Made by a program: the position numbers and the translations under genes
The notes under the pieces: generated by a model
What the model was told of the DNA's origin: nothing
Seen by the model: only the letters and a program-made list of their open reading frames with translations
The model's database searches: none
In this document: positions 37,502-47,867 of the stretch, piece after piece
Layout: every line of letters begins with the position of its first letter
How positions within the stretch are numbered: the stretch's first letter is position 1
Source of the DNA: Candidatus Falkowbacteria bacterium
GTDB lineage: Bacteria; Patescibacteriota; Patescibacteriia; Patescibacteriales; UBA12465
Assembly (NCBI GenBank): GCA_037132255.1
Contig: JBAXPN010000001.1
Coordinates: forward strand, 17,020 to 81,019
DNA: 64,000 bases
Direction: 5' to 3'

Positions 37502-38056
37502 ATGAATGATTATTTACAAAAAAAACAAGGTGATTTCGCTAATGCTCTCGATTTCTTCAGGAAAGAAATAGGAACTCTCCGTACTGGCCGAGCTAATCCG
37601 TCAGTGCTTGATAATATTCAAGTTGAAGCTTACGGAGTAATGAATCCGGTTAACGCCGTTGGAAATATTGCGGTGGCCGATGCCCGCAGTATTGTTATTG
37701 TCCCATGGGATAAAACAGTTTCCAAAGCAATTGAAAAAGCGATTGTTGATGCTGGTCTTGGCATGGGTATTTCGAATGAAGGAGATAAGATTCGTTTAAC
37801 TGTTCCGGCTTTAACTGAAGAAAATCGCAAGGCGCTCGTTAAGACGCTAAACGAAAAGATGGAAAAAACTCGTATTATCTTACGCCAGGCTCGAGATGGA
37901 ATTAAAGCCTCGATTGAAACGGCATTCACCGACAAAGAAATTAGTGAAGATGATAAATTTAGATTCATGAAAGAGCTCGATGAGTTTTCGGCTAAGAAAA
38001 ATGATGAACTTAAAGAAATCCGCGACCGTAAGGAAACGGATATAATGGAAATTTAA
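37502..38056 (+). CDS. frr: Ribosome recycling factor
   Basis: 184 aa; LRTGRANPSVLDNIQVEAYG and the PALTEENRK region are typical of RRF. Confidence 0.9.
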   Translation: MNDYLQKKQGDFANALDFFRKEIGTLRTGRANPSVLDNIQVEAYGVMNPVNAVGNIAVADARSIVIVPWDKTVSKAIEKAIVDAGLGMGISNEGDKIRLTVPALTEENRKALVKTLNEKMEKTRIILRQARDGIKASIETAFTDKEISEDDKFRFMKELDEFSAKKNDELKEIRDRKETDIMEI

Positions 38057-38070
38057 TTAATAAATAATTT

Positions 38071-39231
38071 ATGTTGTTAACGATTGTAATATTCGTTTTA
38101 GTTTTATCCGTCTTAGTCTTCGGACATGAATTTGGCCATTTTTTTACCGCTCGTCGTTTCGGCGTTAAAGCGGAAGAATTTGGTTTCGGTTTTCCGCCAC
38201 GTGGTATCGGGATTTATAAAAACAAGCATGGTAAATGGCGCTTCGTCTTCGGGAATCGGAGCGTAGAAAGTTTAGAAACCGCCGAAGACTCTAGCCTCCA
38301 TCCCGCTCCTAAATCTACTGTCTACTCGCTTAACTGGTTACCGCTTGGTGGATTTGTAAAAATTAAGGGTGAAAACGGGGAAGGTGAGAATGATAAAGAT
38401 AGTTTTGCTTATCAAAAAATTTGGAAACGCATTGTTATCTTATCGGCTGGCGTTATCATGAATGTGCTTTTAGCTTGGGTTTTATTTTCGGTTGGTTATA
38501 TGATTGGCATGCCGCAATCAACTGATACGATTGGTAAAGGCGCGATTGTTTCTGAGCCGAAAGTCATGATTGCGACTGTTATGCCTAATTCTCCGGCGTC
38601 AGCAGCGGGTTTGAAAGAAGGTGACGCGATTTTACGTATTAATAATGAAGCAGTCGGTAGCGAAAAATCTTTGCAAGACGAAGTGGCTAAAAATGATGGC
38701 GTCGTGACAAATTTGTCAGTTAAAAGAGCAGACAAAGAAATAAGCATTTCTGTGACGCCGGCCGCTAAAGATGGCGGGCGTGCGACGATGGGCGTCGCGA
38801 TTTTTGCCGCTGGCTTAGTTCGTTATCCGTTTTTTCCTGCCTTAATTGAGGGTGCGAAGACAACGACTTGGATGATCCAGCAAATTTTCGTCGCTTTCTT
38901 TAATTTATTTAAAGATATTTTTGCCGGACAGAAAGTTGGTGATCAATTCGCTGGTCCAGTCGGAATCGCAACGATTACCGGCCAGGCAGCTCGTCTCGGT
39001 TTCTCTTATCTACTGCAATTTACCGCGCTCCTATCTTTAAACCTGGCAGTTATAAATATTTTACCGTTACCAGCTCTTGATGGCGGACGCATCCTGTTTC
39101 TATTAATTGAGAAAATTAAAGGAAAGCCAGTAAAGAGAGAAGTCGAAGCTGTGATTCATAATATCGGATTCCTACTCTTAATTGCCTTGATATTATTTAT
39201 CACCTATCGCGATATCATTAAGTTATTTTAA
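38071..39231 (+). CDS. rseP: Site-2 (M50) intramembrane zinc metalloprotease with PDZ domain
   Basis: HEFGHFF (HExxH), PDZ segment NSPASAAGLKEGDAILRINN, and C-terminal NLAVINILPLPALDGG. Confidence 0.88.
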   Translation: MLLTIVIFVLVLSVLVFGHEFGHFFTARRFGVKAEEFGFGFPPRGIGIYKNKHGKWRFVFGNRSVESLETAEDSSLHPAPKSTVYSLNWLPLGGFVKIKGENGEGENDKDSFAYQKIWKRIVILSAGVIMNVLLAWVLFSVGYMIGMPQSTDTIGKGAIVSEPKVMIATVMPNSPASAAGLKEGDAILRINNEAVGSEKSLQDEVAKNDGVVTNLSVKRADKEISISVTPAAKDGGRATMGVAIFAAGLVRYPFFPALIEGAKTTTWMIQQIFVAFFNLFKDIFAGQKVGDQFAGPVGIATITGQAARLGFSYLLQFTALLSLNLAVINILPLPALDGGRILFLLIEKIKGKPVKREVEAVIHNIGFLLLIALILFITYRDIIKLF

Positions 39232-39247
39232 TTTTAAGAATAATTAT

Positions 39248-39571
39248 ATGAACATTAGAATTAAAGCAACTCGCTTAGAATTAACTCCGGCTATTCGCGA
39301 TTATTTCCAAATGAAAATGGACATGATTGAAAAATACCTAGGAGATATAAAAGCTATTAATTGCGACGTAGAAATTGAAAAAGCAGTTGGTGGTCAAAAT
39401 AAAGGAGAAATATTTCGTGCTGAAGTAAATCTCGAGGTTCCGCAAAAATTATTGCGTGTCGAAAGAACTGAAGATGATTTATATAAAGCGATTGATAAAG
39501 TTAAAGACCATCTCGAACTCGTAATTAAAAAATACAAAGATAAGATGATTGATAAAAAGAGAGGGAAGTAA
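39248..39571 (+). CDS. hpf: Ribosome hibernation factor, short HPF/RaiA type
   Basis: 107 aa; the MNIRIKATRLELTPAIRDYF start is typical of the S30AE family. Confidence 0.8.
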   Translation: MNIRIKATRLELTPAIRDYFQMKMDMIEKYLGDIKAINCDVEIEKAVGGQNKGEIFRAEVNLEVPQKLLRVERTEDDLYKAIDKVKDHLELVIKKYKDKMIDKKRGK

Positions 39572-39591
39572 AAAATAGATATTTGCAATAG

Positions 39592-39621
39592 AAAACTGTC
39601 TCCGTAAGGAGATAGTTTTTT
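39592..39621 (+). terminator. Strong intrinsic terminator after hpf
   Basis: AAAACTGTCTCC-GTAA-GGAGATAGTTTTTT: 12-bp stem with one G:T pair, followed by a T-run. Confidence 0.8.
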
Positions 39622-39741
39622 AACAATTAATTTACACATTAGTCAATATTTATTTTATCTAGAGAACGTATTATACTAATGTTAGAGCTAAAGGCAGACT
39701 TTAGATCTGTTTGTTTTTATATAAAGTTAGTCAAAATCAAT

Positions 39742-42501
39742 ATGAACATCTTTAATATCTTCGGTGATGCCAATGAAAAGATAGTAAAAGCCATGCAGCC
39801 GACAATTGATAAAATTGCCAGCTTTGAGGCGGAACTCCAGAAATTATCAGACGAAGAATTAAAAGCGAAAACCGCTATATATAAAGAGCGTATAATCAAA
39901 GGTGAAACTCTTGATGAGCTATTACCTGAAGCTTATGCCACAATGCGTGAAGCCGCGCGCCGGATTTTAAACCAGCGCCATTTTGACGTGCAGCTTGTCG
40001 GCGGCATCGTTTTGCATCGCGGTCAGATTGCGGAAATGAAAACTGGTGAAGGTAAAACTTTAGTTGCGACTTTACCATTATATTTGAATGCCCTTGAAGC
40101 TAAAGGTGTTCATTTAATTACCGTTAATGATTATTTGGCTCGACTGGGCGCCGGTTGGATGGCCCCAGTTTTCTATTCTCTTGGGCTTAGCACGTCAGTT
40201 ATTGTTCATGAAAATGCTTTTGTCTATGATCCCGAATATATTGATGAGACTCAATATGATGAGCGCTTACAACATTTTAAACGCCTCCCGCGTCGTGAAG
40301 CCTATTCTTGTGATATAACTTATGGCACGAATAATGAATTTGGTTTTGATTATTTGCGCGATAATATGGTCTTTACTCTCGAACAGGCAGTACAGCGACC
40401 GCTTAACTACGCGATTGTTGATGAAATCGATTCTATTTTAATTGATGAAGCGCGTACCCCTTTAATTATTAGCGCACCAGCGGAAGAATCAACCGATAAG
40501 TATTTTAAATTTGCTCAGTTAGTCGAACGCTTAGATGAAACTGATGATTATAATGTTGATGAAAAAATGCGTGCGGCGACTCTAACTGAAGGCGGAATCG
40601 CAAAGGTTGAAAAAATATTAGGACTCGGAAATATTTATGTCGAAGGCGGTGTTAAAGAAGTTCATCATCTTGAGCAGGCTTTAAAAGCGCGCGTCTTATT
40701 TAAAAAAGATAAGGACTATGTTGTTAAAGACGGCGAGATTATTATTGTCGACGAATTTACCGGACGTTTAATGCCGGGCCGTCGCTATAGCGAAGGTTTA
40801 CATCAAGCGATTGAAGCAAAGGAGGGTGTTAAAGTCCAAAAAGAATCCCAGACCATGGCGACAATTACTTTTCAAAACTTATTCCGTCTCTACACAAAAT
40901 TGTCCGGTATGACTGGGACAGCCGCAACGGAAGCCGAGGAATTTCATAAGATCTATAATCTCGATACGATTGTTATTCCAACTAATAAACCGAATGTCAG
41001 AAAAGATTTGAACGATTTAATCTATCGCACGGAAATGGATAAATTCAATGCGGTTATTCGTGATGTTAAAGAACGCAGTGAAAAAGGACAACCGGTTTTA
41101 ATCGGTACAATTTCAATTGAAAAAAATGAAATATTTGCCGCTTTGATGGAGCGCGAAGGGCTCCGTCCGCAAATGTTAAATGCGAAAAACCATCAACGGG
41201 AAGCGGAAATTATTGCTCAAGCCGGGCGTAAAGGCGCAATCACCCTAGCTACTAATATGGCTGGTCGTGGCGTCGATATTATTTTGGGAGGTAATCCGCC
41301 GAAAGAGGATGAACAAGCAGAAATTCGAGCTCTGGGAGGCCTTCACGTCGTCGGTACTGAGAGACATGAGTCGCGCCGCATCGATAATCAATTAAGAGGT
41401 CGCGCTGGTCGTCAGGGAGACCCGGGTTCATCCCAGTTCTATGTTTCAACCGATGACGATTTGATGCGTATTTTTGGTGGCGATCGCATGAAAGGTCTAA
41501 TGCAAACTTTAAATGTTCCGGCTGATATGCCAATTGAGAATAAGATGATTTCGAAATCAATTGAATCCGCTCAGAAGAAAGTTGAGGGGAATAATTTTGA
41601 TATCAGAAAACATTTAGTTGAATACGATGATGTTATTAATAAACATCGTACAGCTATTTATAAACGACGCCGTGAGATTCTAGAAATTGCGGAAGGTAAA
41701 GAAGTCATTGAACTCAAGAATATTAATGATGACGATGAAAGAAATGAAATTGAAACAGGAACAGTAAAGACTTTAACTTCAATTATCGCTGAGATGGTGC
41801 ACGCCGAAATTAATGCGGTTGCTAGTTTTCATACTGCAAGCGATGATAAGAGCGAATGGAGTTTGAAAGAAATTTATGAAACCATGCGCACGATTTGGAC
41901 CGCGCCGATTGAAGTTAAAAATAAATTAGAAGAACTTGCTAAGAGTGATAAGACAAAGGATGAGATTAGAGAAGATATTTTAAATTATTTAGTATCAGAA
42001 TCTGATAATTTTTATGCCGCCCTAGTTGAGAAATTTATTAATGTCGGCGTTGAATTTAAAGAAGTTGAAAAGGGAATACTTATTCGTTCAATCGATGAGA
42101 TGTGGGTTGAGCATTTAGAAACGGTTGATTATTTAAGACGGGGTATCGGTTTACGCGGCTACGGTCAGCGTGATCCGCTCGTTGAGTATAAGAAAGAAGC
42201 TTGGACCATGTATCAAGAATTAAATGCACTTATAAATAAGAATGTTGTTTACGCGATATTTAAAACTGCCGATGCGCTCGCTATGGCTAATATACCGGAA
42301 ATAAAATTATTTGCCGAGCAACCGGCGAGTAAATTAGAATTTACCGGAGCGGCTAAAGAAATGCATAAACAGGCTGAAGCGCGCAATACGGCTGATTTAG
42401 TCCATGAAAAAACCAAAGGGGAGAGCGGCGAGAAAGTAGGTCGGAACGATCCTTGCCCATGTGGGAGCGGTAAAAAATATAAGCAGTGTCATGGGAAATA
42501 A
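39742..42501 (+). CDS. secA: Preprotein translocase ATPase SecA
   Basis: MKTGEGKTLVATLP (Walker A), DEIDSILIDEARTPLIIS, TNMAGRGVDI, C-terminal zinc finger CPCGSGKKYKQCHG. The track start at 39679 adds 21 non-conserved residues; MNIFNIFG at 39742 is the likely start. Confidence 0.93.
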   Translation: MNIFNIFGDANEKIVKAMQPTIDKIASFEAELQKLSDEELKAKTAIYKERIIKGETLDELLPEAYATMREAARRILNQRHFDVQLVGGIVLHRGQIAEMKTGEGKTLVATLPLYLNALEAKGVHLITVNDYLARLGAGWMAPVFYSLGLSTSVIVHENAFVYDPEYIDETQYDERLQHFKRLPRREAYSCDITYGTNNEFGFDYLRDNMVFTLEQAVQRPLNYAIVDEIDSILIDEARTPLIISAPAEESTDKYFKFAQLVERLDETDDYNVDEKMRAATLTEGGIAKVEKILGLGNIYVEGGVKEVHHLEQALKARVLFKKDKDYVVKDGEIIIVDEFTGRLMPGRRYSEGLHQAIEAKEGVKVQKESQTMATITFQNLFRLYTKLSGMTGTAATEAEEFHKIYNLDTIVIPTNKPNVRKDLNDLIYRTEMDKFNAVIRDVKERSEKGQPVLIGTISIEKNEIFAALMEREGLRPQMLNAKNHQREAEIIAQAGRKGAITLATNMAGRGVDIILGGNPPKEDEQAEIRALGGLHVVGTERHESRRIDNQLRGRAGRQGDPGSSQFYVSTDDDLMRIFGGDRMKGLMQTLNVPADMPIENKMISKSIESAQKKVEGNNFDIRKHLVEYDDVINKHRTAIYKRRREILEIAEGKEVIELKNINDDDERNEIETGTVKTLTSIIAEMVHAEINAVASFHTASDDKSEWSLKEIYETMRTIWTAPIEVKNKLEELAKSDKTKDEIREDILNYLVSESDNFYAALVEKFINVGVEFKEVEKGILIRSIDEMWVEHLETVDYLRRGIGLRGYGQRDPLVEYKKEAWTMYQELNALINKNVVYAIFKTADALAMANIPEIKLFAEQPASKLEFTGAAKEMHKQAEARNTADLVHEKTKGESGEKVGRNDPCPCGSGKKYKQCHGK

Positions 42502-42505
42502 CTTA

Positions 42506-42958
42506 ATGAGTAAATTAATCGAAAATAAAACAGAATTAATTGAGACAGTAAAATATATTGCCAAGGAAACGGCTCGTCTTTGCAAAAGTATCGTTGGCAA
42601 ATCTTTTCCGATTAAATCATTAACTATTTTTTCACACGATGAAACTGAATATAAATTGTTATTTGCTAATCTGCAAACCCTAGGTGATCCTTATAATTAT
42701 AATAACGGTCCACGCGTGGAATTATTTAAACCGATTGTCGCTGGTGATAATAAAATAACCCATCTGCGTATTCGAAAACCAGACATGGAGCGTCCGCAAG
42801 TTGGCTGTAACGATTTCGAAACCGATTATGAATTATTTAAAAAAGAATATTTATTGAAATATCCCGAACATCTTGAGTTAATTATTCGTCCAGAGTACGA
42901 GATGATAGAATTTCGCGATAATAAATTCGATGTTCTAGCTTATGTAGTTTCAAATTAG
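42506..42958 (+). CDS. Hypothetical protein (~150 aa), unassigned
   Basis: ATG 42506 lies 4 nt after the secA stop. The track ORF from 42461 overlaps secA. No family recognised. Confidence 0.55.
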   Translation: MSKLIENKTELIETVKYIAKETARLCKSIVGKSFPIKSLTIFSHDETEYKLLFANLQTLGDPYNYNNGPRVELFKPIVAGDNKITHLRIRKPDMERPQVGCNDFETDYELFKKEYLLKYPEHLELIIRPEYEMIEFRDNKFDVLAYVVSN

Positions 42959-42965
42959 ATATTAT

Positions 42966-43163
42966 ATGGATATAGATTCGGAAAATTTAGAACAAATTAA
43001 GGTTTCACAATCGGACTCAGATGAAATTAAGATTAAAAAAATTTACGATAGTTTTATTGTTAAATTAAACCTTATAAAAAATAAGCAATTTGTTTTTTTG
43101 AATAACCTATTTATCGCTAAACAGCAAGCCGATTTAAAAGAATTAAGAAAAAAAATTCAATAA
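42966..43163 (+). CDS. Hypothetical small helical protein (65 aa)
   Basis: Tightly packed between neighbouring ORFs (7-nt and 11-nt gaps), with charged, coiled-coil-like composition. Confidence 0.45.
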   Translation: MDIDSENLEQIKVSQSDSDEIKIKKIYDSFIVKLNLIKNKQFVFLNNLFIAKQQADLKELRKKIQ

Positions 43164-43174
43164 TAATTTTAAAT

Positions 43175-44173
43175 ATGGATGAAGTTTTAAATAAAAATGA
43201 GCAGCGGGCGCCCGAGTCAAAGGCAGAAAATATTGTTGAGCTTGATTGGGAAAAATTACGTGGAACTACTGAGTTAAAAATTGATCAAGAGGTAACTAGC
43301 GCAATCACCGGGGGCGAACATGTTTTAGATACTATCCCTAATGTTACTGAGGATGAAAAAAAAGAATTTGTGGAAATTAAAAATGAAATAGTTAATTTAC
43401 AAAAAGAAACTAGAAACGAATTAGAAAAAAGTTTCGACACAAGCAAGAAAACACCAGAGAATTTTTCTAAGTCGGCCAGCTTGTTGTTAAGTGCGCTTGA
43501 GGGCAAGGAAGAATCAGCCGAGAAGGGATATGTTTTTAGCTATGACCCGATTATGGAAAAAACTAGCCAGGGAAAAGAAATAAAAGTTGATTGTTTAAGT
43601 TGGATCGGCGATGACGGTTTTGCAACTGATAATAAAAGACGCTTGGTCTTGGTGGCTACTAATCCGATTGACGGTAAAGTCGTTGGCTTGCGCCTGTCTG
43701 ATATTAGGCCAGATGGTCTATCTCATGATGAAAAAAGAGGCTATATTAATAAAGAAGCGATTACCGGAGAAATATTAACTCGTTTGCGAGGTGAAGGCAT
43801 CGCGCCGGCGTTAGATAACGCCTTCTTAAAAACGGTAACCAAAATCGCTAATTACTATAAGAAAGAGTTTGGCGGCGAGCACCAATTTACTTGGGTAGTT
43901 GAGAATGCTAATTTAAAAAGATTAAATCAGAAAAAAGAAGAAGGTCTATCGGGCCCTGAGCTTGAAGAGCTTGAAACTGAGCAGAAAAGATGGCAGGCAG
44001 TATACGGTGAGAACGGTAAACTAGGATTTAATAAAATAGATGAATATCGCTACGAGAAAGTTGTTCAGCCGGACGCAAAAGATGGTGAGTCGTATGAAAT
44101 GCAAAAAGTTGATATGAATAAGTATCACGCTATTCAATCTTCCTTAGAAGAATGCGTAAATAATGAAAAATAA
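43175..44173 (+). CDS. Hypothetical protein with possible GNAT acetyltransferase-like core
   Basis: LVLVATNPIDGKVVGLRLS...LTRLRGEGIAPALDNAFLKTV resembles GNAT beta4-alpha3 (R/Q-x-x-G-x-G/A). The N-terminal ~110 aa are acidic or disordered. Confidence 0.35.
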   Translation: MDEVLNKNEQRAPESKAENIVELDWEKLRGTTELKIDQEVTSAITGGEHVLDTIPNVTEDEKKEFVEIKNEIVNLQKETRNELEKSFDTSKKTPENFSKSASLLLSALEGKEESAEKGYVFSYDPIMEKTSQGKEIKVDCLSWIGDDGFATDNKRRLVLVATNPIDGKVVGLRLSDIRPDGLSHDEKRGYINKEAITGEILTRLRGEGIAPALDNAFLKTVTKIANYYKKEFGGEHQFTWVVENANLKRLNQKKEEGLSGPELEELETEQKRWQAVYGENGKLGFNKIDEYRYEKVVQPDAKDGESYEMQKVDMNKYHAIQSSLEECVNNEK

Positions 44174-44181
44174 AAAAACAT

Positions 44182-44574
44182 ATGAAATCAGTCGTTATAT
44201 GTGGGAGTAATCGCTTTGCTCCACAAATGCGAGAATTCGCAAAAGGATTAAAAGCTCTGGGCGTTGTCGTCTTTGAGCCGCATTTGTATCGTGCTTCTGG
44301 AGGAGTTTGGGCGGATCTTAAAGATTTTGATAAGAAATTTGTTGCGCTTGGTTTAACGCACGATCATTTTTATAAAATTAGAATGGCGGATGCGGTTTAT
44401 GTTTATAATGAAGAAGGCTATTCTGGTGTTAGTGTTAGTATGGAAATTGGTTACTCTGTCGCTGTTAATAAAGCTATTTACGTTTTCGATGAAAAGGACG
44501 AAGAAATTTGTCGCAAGGTTCTATTTAGCGGCGTCGCTAAAACGCCAGAAGAACTATTAAATTATCTAAAATAA
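44182..44574 (+). CDS. Hypothetical; nucleoside 2-deoxyribosyltransferase-like Rossmann protein
   Basis: MKSVVICGSNRF...ADAVYVYNEEGYSGVSVSMEIGYSVAVNKAIYVF follows the pattern of the NDT-like superfamily. Not verified. Confidence 0.35.
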   Translation: MKSVVICGSNRFAPQMREFAKGLKALGVVVFEPHLYRASGGVWADLKDFDKKFVALGLTHDHFYKIRMADAVYVYNEEGYSGVSVSMEIGYSVAVNKAIYVFDEKDEEICRKVLFSGVAKTPEELLNYLK

Positions 44575-44584
44575 TTTAAATTAT

Positions 44585-44854
44585 ATGTCATTAGGACGTC
44601 ATAACGATGGGCAATTTGATTTGATTAGTGATTTTGAAGCAACTGGACTCGCGAAGCCTGCGGAGAAGCAAAGAGTGCCGCGCAAGACCATTGCCGATAA
44701 GATGATCGATGAAATGTATAAGAAAGTCGCCGAAGCGGAAAAGGTGCAAAGCGAAAAAAAGAAAGTAACTAATAGCGTAAGCATTAAGGGACTTATCGAC
44801 GAGATTCATGCGTTAAAGCCCGAAGATAATATTGAAAATAAAGATAAAGAATAA
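44585..44854 (+). CDS. Hypothetical small charged protein (89 aa)
   Basis: The ORF fills the gap before ileS. Lys/Glu-rich, no recognisable motif. Confidence 0.45.
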   Translation: MSLGRHNDGQFDLISDFEATGLAKPAEKQRVPRKTIADKMIDEMYKKVAEAEKVQSEKKKVTNSVSIKGLIDEIHALKPEDNIENKDKE

Positions 44855-44868
44855 TTATAATAAAAAAT

Positions 44869-47838
44869 ATGTCAGATAAAGTAAAGCAAGCTCCTCCAGC
44901 TGCTGTTAATCATCCGGCGCCAGCGAATGCATTTGTCGCCATGGAAGAAACAATTTTAGATTTTTGGGAAAAGTCAGATATTTTTGCCAAATCAATTCAG
45001 AAAAATTCACCGCAAGGTAATTATGTTTTTTTCGAAGGGCCGCCAACAGCTAATGGCATGCCGGGCATTCATCACGTTTTAGCGCGTTCTTTTAAGGACG
45101 TTATGCCGCGTTTTAAAACCATGAATGGATATCGGGTTGAGCGTAAAGCTGGTTGGGACACACACGGACTTCCGGTAGAACTTCAGGTTGAAAAACAATT
45201 AGGAATTTCTGGCAAACCAGATATTGAAAAATACGGTATTAAAGAATTCAATGAAAAATGTAAGGAGAGTGTTTGGGTCTATCTTGATGAATGGCAGAAA
45301 TTAACTCGCCGCATCGCTTTTTGGGTAGACATGGAGCACCCTTATATTACCTATGAAAATACTTATATCGAATCTTTGTGGTGGATATTAAAAGAAATCG
45401 ATAAAAAAGGCTTGGTTTATAAAGGTCATAAAGTTGTGCCCCATTGTCCGCGTTGCGGCACTGCGCTTTCAACTCATGAAGTCGCCCAAGGCTATAAATT
45501 AACGAAAGATAATTCGGTTTATTTAAAGTTTAAAGTCACTCATGGAAACTCTCAGGTTAATCCGGGCGATTTTATTTTAGCTTGGACAACTACTCCTTGG
45601 ACTTTGCCGGGGAACGTTGCGCTTGCCGTTGGAAAAGATATTGATTATGTTCTTGTAAAACATGAAAATGAAAATTTTGTTTTAGCTAAAGAACTCACTG
45701 AAAAAGTATTTAAAGATTTAAGCCATGAAATTATTAAAGAATTCAAAGGCTCTGAATTATTAGATTTAGAATATGAACCTTTATTTGAAATTCCTTTAAT
45801 TCGCGCTGACGAAATTAAGTCTGGTAAAAAGGCTTATCGCGTTGTGCCGGCAAATTTTGTAACTACCTCGGACGGTACCGGCGTTGTTCATACCGCTGTT
45901 ATGTACGGTGAGGACGATTATAATTTAGGAGAAGAAGTTGGCTTACCAAAAGTTCATACGGTTGATGAAGCCGGCCATTTCACAAATGATTTATCCGCTT
46001 ACGGCCTCGAAGGAAAATTTGTCAAAAGCGCCGGAACGGAAAAAATTATTATCGATTATTTAATAGAGAAGGGAATACTTTTTAAAGAAGAAATTTACGA
46101 GCATGACTATCCTTTCTGCTGGCGTTGTGATACTCCGCTTCTTTATTATGCAAAAGACTCTTGGTTTATTGCCATGAGCACACTTAAGGAAAAATTATCG
46201 GCGAATAATAAAAATATTAATTGGGTCCCTGAACATATTAAAGAAGGTCGCTTTGGCGAATGGTTAAATAATGTTAAAGATTGGGCGATTTCGCGTGAAC
46301 GTTATTGGGGTACACCACTTCCAATTTGGGAATGTGAAACATGCAATAAGCATCACGTAATTGGTAGCGTTGAAGAACTTGGCGAATTAAGTGGCCAGAA
46401 AGTTACAATAGACTCGGATATCCATAAACCGGAAATCGATACTTATGAATTTACTTGCGTTGAATGCGGCGGAAAAATGAAACGCGTCAAAGAAGTTTTT
46501 GATTGCTGGTTTGATTCTGGCGCCATGCCTTATGCGCAGCATCATTATCCTTTTGAAAATCAAGAAATGATTGATAACAATGTTCAATTCCCAGCTGAGT
46601 ATATTTGCGAGGCGATTGATCAGACTCGTGGTTGGTTCTATACCTTACTCGCTATTTCTACGACCTTGGGTAAAGGGACACCTTATAAAAATGTAATTTG
46701 TCTCGGTCATATTAATGATAAATTCGGCAAGAAAATGTCGAAGTCAAAAGGGAATATTGTTAGTCCCTGGGAAGTTATTTCGCAATATGGCGTTGATGCG
46801 GTTCGTCAGCATATGTATACGATTAATCAACCCGGCGAAGGGAAACGTTATGATTTAGATGACGTTAAAGATGTTTTCCGAAAAAATATAATGTTGCTCT
46901 GGAATGTTTATAAATTCTATGAAACATACGCCACGGAAGAAAAAGGTGAAGCAAAAAAACCAGAGAGTCAAAATGTTTTAGATTTATGGATTCTCGCAAA
47001 ACTCTCAGTTTTAACTAAGAGCATGACTTTTGAATTAAATCAGTATCATATTTATGAAGCCGCTCGCCAAATTCCAGAATTTATTGATGAGCTTTCAACT
47101 TGGTATCTACGCCGAAGCCGCGATCGCTTTAAGTCCGATGACTTAGAAGATAAGAAAAATGCACTTGCGACGACTCATTACGTTTTAGGAGAACTAGCTA
47201 AATTAATGGCGCCTTTCATGCCTTTTGTTTCCGAGAATCTTTGGCAGAAAGTTAATGGCTATAATTTTAATGACGCAAATCGCTCTGTTCATTTAGAAGC
47301 CTGGCCAGTGAACGATGAGACTGACAATACAAAATTATTAGCTGACATGGACGTGATTCGTAAGATTGTTGAGCTTGGGCTCGCGAAGCGCGATGAGGCC
47401 GGAATTAAGATTCGTCAGATGCTTTCGAAAATTACTGTTAAAGTTAAGTCAGAAATTGCGCCTGAGTATATTGAGCTCATTAAAGATGAATTAAATTTAA
47501 CCGGTGTAGAATTTGCGGAGACTAAAGAAGATAAGATTGAAGTTGAGCTCGATACGGAAATTACGCCGGAATTAAAAGAAGAAGGTTTGAAGAGAGAATT
47601 GATTCGCTTCGTTAATATGTTACGTAAAGAAGGAAATCTAAATATTAATGATGAGACAAGTATTTATATTGCTGGGGCGAGCGAAGAATTAAAATCCGCG
47701 CTTATTAAAAAGAAAATGGATATCATGAAAGATACATTAAGCACGGAAATTAATTTCGTTGACTCCTTGCCGGAAGTTCTGGTTAGTAAAGAGGTAAAGA
47801 TTGATGAAGTTAAATTAATGCTCGGCCTAAAGAAGTAA
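44869..47838 (+). CDS. ileS: Isoleucyl-tRNA synthetase, type 2 (eukaryote-like)
   Basis: FFEGPPTANGMPGIHH (HIGH), KMSKSKGN (KMSKS), WTTTPWTLP, zinc motifs CPRCGT and CWRCDTP. Confidence 0.92.
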   Translation: MSDKVKQAPPAAVNHPAPANAFVAMEETILDFWEKSDIFAKSIQKNSPQGNYVFFEGPPTANGMPGIHHVLARSFKDVMPRFKTMNGYRVERKAGWDTHGLPVELQVEKQLGISGKPDIEKYGIKEFNEKCKESVWVYLDEWQKLTRRIAFWVDMEHPYITYENTYIESLWWILKEIDKKGLVYKGHKVVPHCPRCGTALSTHEVAQGYKLTKDNSVYLKFKVTHGNSQVNPGDFILAWTTTPWTLPGNVALAVGKDIDYVLVKHENENFVLAKELTEKVFKDLSHEIIKEFKGSELLDLEYEPLFEIPLIRADEIKSGKKAYRVVPANFVTTSDGTGVVHTAVMYGEDDYNLGEEVGLPKVHTVDEAGHFTNDLSAYGLEGKFVKSAGTEKIIIDYLIEKGILFKEEIYEHDYPFCWRCDTPLLYYAKDSWFIAMSTLKEKLSANNKNINWVPEHIKEGRFGEWLNNVKDWAISRERYWGTPLPIWECETCNKHHVIGSVEELGELSGQKVTIDSDIHKPEIDTYEFTCVECGGKMKRVKEVFDCWFDSGAMPYAQHHYPFENQEMIDNNVQFPAEYICEAIDQTRGWFYTLLAISTTLGKGTPYKNVICLGHINDKFGKKMSKSKGNIVSPWEVISQYGVDAVRQHMYTINQPGEGKRYDLDDVKDVFRKNIMLLWNVYKFYETYATEEKGEAKKPESQNVLDLWILAKLSVLTKSMTFELNQYHIYEAARQIPEFIDELSTWYLRRSRDRFKSDDLEDKKNALATTHYVLGELAKLMAPFMPFVSENLWQKVNGYNFNDANRSVHLEAWPVNDETDNTKLLADMDVIRKIVELGLAKRDEAGIKIRQMLSKITVKVKSEIAPEYIELIKDELNLTGVEFAETKEDKIEVELDTEITPELKEEGLKRELIRFVNMLRKEGNLNINDETSIYIAGASEELKSALIKKKMDIMKDTLSTEINFVDSLPEVLVSKEVKIDEVKLMLGLKK

Positions 47839-47867
47839 AGGGAAGAGAAATAAATCTTTTTGAATGT

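Noticed and set aside
39679-39741. A 21-codon N-terminal extension of SecA in the ORF track (MLELKADFRSVCFYIKLVKIN).
   Set aside because: The extension is not SecA-like. The conserved SecA N-terminus begins at MNIFNIFG (ATG 39742).
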